Source: Paraphysomonas bandaiensis
Lineage: Eukaryota > Protista > Chrysophyceae
DNA length: 64,000 bases
Assembly: GCA_965644295.1 (NCBI GenBank)
Contig: CBFFRP010000188.1
Coordinates: 1-64,000 of the forward strand
Direction of reading: 5' to 3'
Shown here: one piece after another, positions 56,759 to 64,000 of the stretch
How positions within the stretch are numbered: the first letter of the stretch is position 1
Layout: every line of letters starts with the position of its first letter
Position numbers and translations under genes: made by a program
Notes under the pieces: model-generated
What the model was told of the DNA's origin: nothing
The model's database searches: none
The model's input: only the letters and a program-made list of their open reading frames with translations

Positions 56759-59700
56759 TCATGACTTATTTAACTGTTTCTCAAGTTCTTCGTTGATCTT
56801 CTTAATACTCATCATCTTTCCACTTTTTAAAGCTTTAATACGCTGCATATCAGCCTTGTTCCCATGTGATGGTCGGCTACTACTGTCCCCATCTTTGTAT
56901 ACACTACTCCTCTGTTTTTTACTACGTGTTTTTTCTTTCTTTGGCAAACGAGGGGATTCCGGAGTACCCTGTTCCGCAATGGCCAAACTGTTTTCCATCA
57001 CATGTGCATTAACCCCTACATTAATTTCATCTTCGGAGACCTCTTCCAAACCCACATCAGAATCAACAGCTTTCTTGCTACTGGGGCGTTTGCGCTTTCG
57101 CTTGCGACCGGCCTTCTCACCATCAGTATCTAAACTAGATCTCGTCGCTTCCGATACTTGTACTTCCTGTTTCGGCTTAGATTTTTTTGCACTTTTCGTA
57201 GCTTCCTGCCCAACAGGTTCCTCATGGTCGGCATTAAACCCAACAGCTTGATGCTGAGCACCTGAATAGCATATACAATATAGTTACTGCACACGTAGAC
57301 ATGGATATCTCTATACAGCAACATGGCAATAGGGAACTATATCTATCTCATGCTTACCTGTTTGTTCTAACTCTTGCAGCATCGCCTCGGCTTTTTTCTG
57401 GCGAACAACCAAAGCTTTCCACTCCGAAGGGTTTCTTGCAAATAACTCCATCTGTGTCAAACGCATAACAACCTTTCCTTCACGGGTAGGGACTATTGCA
57501 CTGCGGTTTGTAGGATTGGCGAGGGCAGACACAATTCGTTCTTTGTCCACTTCTGAAGCATGTTCGTAACACTGTCTAAGGGTATGGTGGCCCACAGCAT
57601 GCGTAGCGAGAGCAACAAGGTTCGGCTGCTCAAGCATATAATTACATTAGTACAAACACACTACACTGTGAAAATACGACGGGTATTGTACAAAATCATA
57701 GATTTATATTGACGACGGTTATACATGCACGTAGATGCATGATATATAGGCCACATACCAAGATAAAATTCGAAAGAAGAAGTGATCTGCCTCGTCCATT
57801 ACTTTTGCAGGAAAAGAAGCCGTCCATGACACACCTGCACCAAAATACACCGTTTCATGGACCGTGGTAAATAGAATAAATAGAATACAACACATATTCC
57901 ACAGGCTGTGCATATATAGCGCACACACAGACAACCCATCCAAACAACCATCCAAAAGTTATGAAATTTGTTTTACGTGTAAAAATACCTGCTCATTGGT
58001 CCTGAACAACAGATACAAAGCAAAGTTTCTTCTGGAAGTCGACAAATTGCATTGCAAATAACTCGGCAGCATGAGGTTCCCTCCAATTCTAACATAGCCT
58101 GTATCCACATATTACGATTAATGCACATGTCACATAAATAGCTTACCCCTAAGAGCCGACTAGTTAGTATAGCCACCGGGCTATGTCCCGGAATGGCGTC
58201 TGAATTAGTACTTTGCATACTGGACTTATAATTCGAGTGGCCTTTGCTTTTTGCCGCAGGGGCATTGTGCGACATGTCCGCTTTAAACGGCTTGAACTTA
58301 TTAATCAATGCTCCGTCTAAAGCACTCCGAAACTCGCTTCCCTCAAAATCAAAATCTTGATGGCTCTCACTTTCTAGACCACTCCACACTCTTGTCACTT
58401 CAAGGCCTATGTAGTTCGATTGACAGCTCAATGTGTCATTACCACTTCCACGGTGGACGAGATATTTCTCCGCAGCTGAAGCAAGCTTTATCATCCATAA
58501 TACAACGCCACCTTTTTGTCTGACAAGATAGGGAAAGAGTTCAGGCTCTGCGAGAGCATTCTTCGACAAAAGCTTTTCCGTCTACAGGCCACACCAAGTT
58601 ACCATGAAGAGCTACATGAAACAGAGAGACGCTTTACCATGACAATGGCGGCAGTGAGGTGCTCCTCAGATTGCTCCGCAGAGATAAACTTATTGCTACT
58701 TATAGTCCAGGAGAATTCGCTTGTAAAACGTTTCATGATAGCTTGCAGTATAAAGTTTCCAACTCCGTCTCTAGCAAACTCAATCACAGTATCTGCGTTA
58801 TTTAGTAGGCACTTCTCAGTTAGCGGAATCAGGAACTCCAAACTGAAAGGAATTGAATGAGCTTCGTACATACTGCGAAAGAAATGTACCTTGCACACTC
58901 AATGATGGTCTCCAAAAAGTAACTTCCACTCTTATCACCCCCCATTGCATAATAAACCACCGCACATAGTTCTTCGCCACTATACACAAGAGATTAAATT
59001 TATAGGTGGATTACTAAAATGAATAGTTTACTTTTTATCGGGAGGAGAATCATATTCCAGCATACATCTAGCAATACGATGCGCCATTTCAGGACCGTCC
59101 TAATAGAGAGCGGTAAATTAGATCTTTAAGATATTCTGCATAAATTTATACCTGGACAATATGTGGGCTAAAAAGAATACGCAGCAATATGCCGAGCACA
59201 GCACAGCTAGAGGTGTTGGCCGCCAGCTCTTGCAGTTCCCTGCTAGCCCTACAATAACAATTAACTTTAGATACTTACATACCTTCGGACAAGTTTCTTA
59301 CCCCACATCTCCTCCTCCATGTGCAGGAGAGAGCAGGCCTTCTGCGGCCCTCTTCAGCGAATCTGTATGCTAAGAATCAGTGCACGATCCAGAAAATCAA
59401 GCAATTAAAGAGTGCAGATACCAAGCTAACAAAGTGCGCAAGTGCAGTGTAGAAAGTGACTGACAATATAATACCATGAAACGCTTCCGGGACACCGAAG
59501 CACACTCGACTGTCAAAGTGATACCCTCCTTTAACGATCAATTTGTCCATGGGCTCAGAAAGCGACACTGAATGCTGATGCTTCGATGCCTTTCCCTTTT
59601 TCTCGGATATTACGGGCATCCCAGATAAAAGACAGATTACTGAACGCAGTACATGGCTACCACACTGCTCCAATGCAATAAATTTGAATGATTCAAGAAC

Positions 59701-60138
59701 ACTCTGAACAAATTTCAGCACAGTTGACTCCAACACTTCATCTTCAACATCATGAGTTGCATTCGACTTTATTAAATGACATAAACGTGCTAAAATAGCT
59801 TGTACAACATGTGATGAATATCTATTTTGTGAGAGGAATATAACATATGGAGCACACCGGTTCATAATCTCCATCAGTTGTGTTGTGTTGGCAGCATAAC
59901 ATAACTTTTCGATAATATAATTTGTACGTCGATCACTTGCAGCACTAGCTGTACGATGTTTTATTTCATCCAATACATTATTCACGAGTATTTCTACACC
60001 ATCTGCATCAATCTCATCCAATTGAGCCTCTAACTGAGATAGATACACAGCTGTCTCTTCTTCCAGTCGACGAGGTTTCTCAAACTCCACATTACTCCCA
60101 TATGATGAGCTGGCTGTTTTCTCTTTATGTGAGGACAT
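56759..60138 (-). CDS. NOP9: Nucleolar protein 9 (Pumilio-repeat), multi-exon
   Basis: EETAVYL, ILVNNVLDEI, NRYSSHVVQAIL, GSHVLRSVI, GNFILQAIM, GHHTLRQCY; basic low-complexity C-terminus. Confidence 0.85.
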
Positions 60139-60268
60139 GTTATGAATAATAGAATAGATGAGGATCAATGTGATGACTCTGAACTGTTCCAACAACTATA
60201 CAAACACGAAAGGCACCAGAGCCATCACTTCACACCATACCTCTCGACCTACACGTACCTACCTACAG

Positions 60269-60532
60269 TACATACATACATACATACATACATACATACA
60301 TACATACATACATACATACATACATACATACATACATACATACATACATACATACATACATACATACATACATACATACATACATACATACATACATACA
60401 TACATACATACATACATACATACATACATACATACATACATACATACATACATACATACATACATACATACATACATACATACATACATACATACATACA
60501 TACATACATACATACATACATACATACATACA
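60269..60532. repeat. Perfect (TACA)n microsatellite, ~66 units
   Basis: Direct reading. Confidence 0.99.
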
Positions 60533-61479
60533 GCAGTACAATCCCAGTGATCATAGTGGTTCATCTCACAACACTCACTCCTATTGACTATTCAACAAAC
60601 AATGCATCCACCACTTTTTAGACCTCACCCTGATTGTGCAGAGGTACTCCACCTATTACCCTCTTCATTAACCTAACTGTCAGTATATCAGTATGTAAAT
60701 GCTCTAGTTGAGTGTCATGAAAAATACGCTATAGGTAACTGCACTCCCCTCATATCTCTCTATATTCATGAAAGTTATATAGGTAAATTTTTTGGGATGT
60801 GTAATCAAGACAAGAATGCTCTCGATAAGTGTTTTAGACTCGAGAAATTATCTCGAGCACAAAGAAACAAAGAAGCAGTTCCTCGTGGAACAAATCCATT
60901 AATGCAGCGTTCATTTGATGATCCATTTTTCCATAAAACAACAGACTCAGAGAGTTCTTAAAGCAATTCAATGGGAATGAATACTATAATGTAATGTGTC
61001 CCATTTAGGACTATAGCTGTACATTGACTTTTTCTGACTATTTCGAGTAGTGAAAGTAGTTTGAAATATTAATTGAATAATTGAATAATTGAAGGAGTGG
61101 ACTATATTCTGTAGTCGGACATATTAGTGACAACTGTATTCTTTTATTTGAATCTGAATCCATACTCCAAATTATATTCTAGGTTTCATCAGAATGTATT
61201 AAGATTCACTAATTCACTATATATATATCGTATACGTGAATACAACATAATACAATGAAATAACAATTTGCTGAATTATCATCAGACTATACAAGATATG
61301 CTTCTGTGTTATTGGGCCCAATCATCCTTACAATCGTGTTTGCTAGCATACTACATGGCTTTTTTCCTCATATGAAGCATTTTATTTTTACCCTTGATTC
61401 AATGTGTATCTCCCAATAAGTATCACAACTGGCTACAAATCTTTGCTGTATAATATGTAAGCAACTTGTTCTACTGTAC

Positions 61480-61594
61480 CAGGGCTAGGGAAAAATATAT
61501 TGCAATAATATATACTATTGACAGCCATTTTATCAGAAGCAATATTGATGGAATATTTGGTCGGTGCAATTAAATATATTGTTTCCTAGCCCTG
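61480..61594. mobile_element. Minimal hAT MITE, 115 bp, related to 8288-8749
   Basis: TIRs CAGGGCTAGG / CCTAGCCCTG, perfect 8-bp TSD TACTGTAC (61472-61479, 61595-61602), shared internal TATTGATGGAATATTTG. Confidence 0.92.
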
Positions 61595-61880
61595 TACTGT
61601 ACTAAGTTCGTTTATAGTCTATATATAGAACTACCGTATGCTATACTTGCAAGATCAACTGTAGGGTAAAAGTATGTCTTTATAGCGCACAAAATTCATA
61701 GTTATTCCATCCACCATATCAAATAGTCAAATTAAATTAGAGTACGAACATGTACTGAAACCGAATTATCGTATTGGCACTAAATAATAGTTAAATATTT
61801 GTACAACTTATTTATATATACTAGCTACTCGTATATACTGCGGCTTAACTTTTACCAATTTATCATAAAAATGACAACAG

Positions 61881-63762
61881 TTAAACCTTCCTAAAACGTA
61901 TTTTTACAGGTCTTTTACCGTTCTTTAGTGTGCTCACTACATGGGTATGTGAGAGATACTTTTCATCGTTTACTCCTAGCACCATATATCCTATTTGCAC
62001 CCCCAAAGTTTCTGCTGGTCCTTTGGGTACAATACTAGATACCACTGACTGCGCGTATACTCCCGGCCTCTCATCAAGACTCAGGCCAAGGTCGCCCTCC
62101 TATAACATAATCAACAGAAATTTTAATTGATGGAAAATAGTGCCAATTCACAGGAGGTCCTTACTATCTGCTAAGGAATAAATACAGTGTAAATCATACC
62201 TCTACAAATATAACTTCCAGCTCATCCTCTGTTAGTGGGTTCAACCGTTCTTCTCTCGTAGACATTTCATCAACCTACAGGACACTAGTAAATGATAGTA
62301 CACACCATTCTCATACAGCTAAGTATCAATCAATCAAAATATACATTGACCACAGCTTTTAACAATATACATATGACTTTGACGTACAAAAGCCATACAT
62401 GTAATCAATGAATACATTCTCTTATGAATACACACCTGGGAGGTGACAAGACGAATCATATCTTCTTTAACTACAGATTCACTTGAACTCCCTTGCTGTT
62501 TACTGCCTCCACTATCATCCCTTATAATGCTACTCCTCTCGGTTTTCATATTTTCATTAGTACTAAACGAAGTCGGCGATGAGTTTCCAGACGGCATTAT
62601 CCAAGACGACGCAGAGAACTGGGCTACAAATTGCGGGGAAATCGGCGAATCATTCTGCTTGCGCCTTATTACCAAAGTGATAGGATACTCAATGGCGGGT
62701 AATATCGTCATGAAATCGTCGTATCCCTCCACCCATCGGTCCTTGACGCCAATAACACAATCCCCCACATATATACCCTTGTCACTGGCATATCCACCTG
62801 TCACTACCTGCACTCAACAATTACTGATCGTAAAAAGATCTGATACGAAGAGACTATAACTACTAGTATTCCATATCAATTCTCAGAAAACAGTACACGA
62901 CTTAAATGTTGTGCAAACCCAAAATGTTGTAATGGAAAAGAATTCAATGTACATACTATATCTCACTCAAGGGCCTACACACACTTGAGGAAATTTTACG
63001 AGGTATGTACCTTCACAATCTCCGCCCTGCCACCTTGTCCACGAGCCACTGTCATCCCCAGAGGTGGACTGGAGAAAGTGACCCGGAAATCAAATTGCTG
63101 GCGCTTTGAATTCTGAAAGGCGAACATCACTATTAACTCATATACAGTAACGTTGGGCATGTGTGCATTGACTTCGAGATATCACAGGTATCGCAGGTTC
63201 ACACATATACATATACTCACAGTACTATCTCCATCTTTTATCCACTGGCTTATGTTAACGCCATCTTTGTCAGTATCAATGAAACCATTGTCGTCTTCCG
63301 CACCCTCATAATCTGGTGTCTTCCCAGACGAAGAATATTCAGATACGAAACAACGTCCACTAGTGCCAGTAACAGATATTGAAGTGACTAGATCATGATT
63401 ATCTATTGCAACGCGCAATTGTTCGTGTGAGATATGATCGGATTTCGAGCCGTCCTCGTAAACAATCTGTCTCAGATATTAAGTTGGGCAGAAACACATT
63501 TATACATGAATGAAACAAGCATTCAAATATATCAACAGCAAATTATGTAGACAAAGTAAACGATGCTGAACAGAAGTATAAAAGTTGTACATACAGCATG
63601 GAAATGAAGGTTTGGTACTGTACATGCCTCAAATGTTCCATCTTCATAAATTCGTTCTATAAATCCTATTCGACAACTAGAAGAAGACTTGTTTTCCAGC
63701 TCAGCCCCGTCCTCACTTCCAATATGAGCCGGGTCCAAAAGCACATAGACTTTACTGCCAAT
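61881..63762 (-). CDS. Two-PDZ-domain protein with a Tudor/SH3-like segment; 5' end not resolved (probably beyond the window)
   Basis: PDZ1: FRVTFSSPPLGMTV...GIYVGDCVIGV...YPITLVIRR. PDZ2: GDLGLSL...GPAETLGVQIGYMVLGVN...RPVKIRFRKV*. Also YEDGTFE|IVYEDG. Confidence 0.8.
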
Positions 63763-64000
63763 CTATATACCATAATACACACATATAAGTAGCGATCGAT
63801 ATATATCGTATCCAACACACCACTGTTAGGACACACCACACTAAAGAGTACTCATGTGTGCACTTCACGAGAGCACAAATACAGCATGCATAATACAGTA
63901 CACTGAGTAGCATAAGCGCAGTGTCTAGACGCACAGTGATGTCAGTAAATATACTACACACAATACAGTAGTACGTGTATATAATAGGACAGCGAACTTT

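Overview
Eukaryotic nuclear DNA from an AT-rich, compact genome with short introns (mostly ~45-60 nt). The rDNA and gene content point to a stramenopile, probably a chrysophyte-like ochrophyte (inference). The window opens with a minus-strand rDNA unit (5' part of 28S, ITS2, 5.8S, ITS1, 3' ~1.07 kb of 18S). The 18S breaks off in V4 directly against an 11-copy 322-bp satellite. About 17 protein genes follow, mostly as head-to-head pairs, including eIF3k, SF3B3, GDP-mannose 4,6-dehydratase, TPGS2, a GH2 beta-galactosidase, DLD, NOP9, a HET/TIR-like-TPR protein and a two-PDZ protein. Transposon debris (hAT MITEs with 8-bp TSDs, a hAT transposase relic, 5'-truncated LINE-like 3' ends, a pogo-like relic) lies in the gaps. 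The standout is 10622-16690. Nine GT-AG introns, each traced by hand and all frame-preserving, join what the ORF track shows as separate ORFs into one ~1866-aa protein: myosin motor, 5 IQ motifs, short coiled coil, then a complete PLC-delta-like module (PH, EF-like, X, Y, C2). Its catalytic histidines are substituted, so it is a candidate myosin/pseudo-phospholipase C fusion. All calls come from motif recognition by eye; no searches were run.
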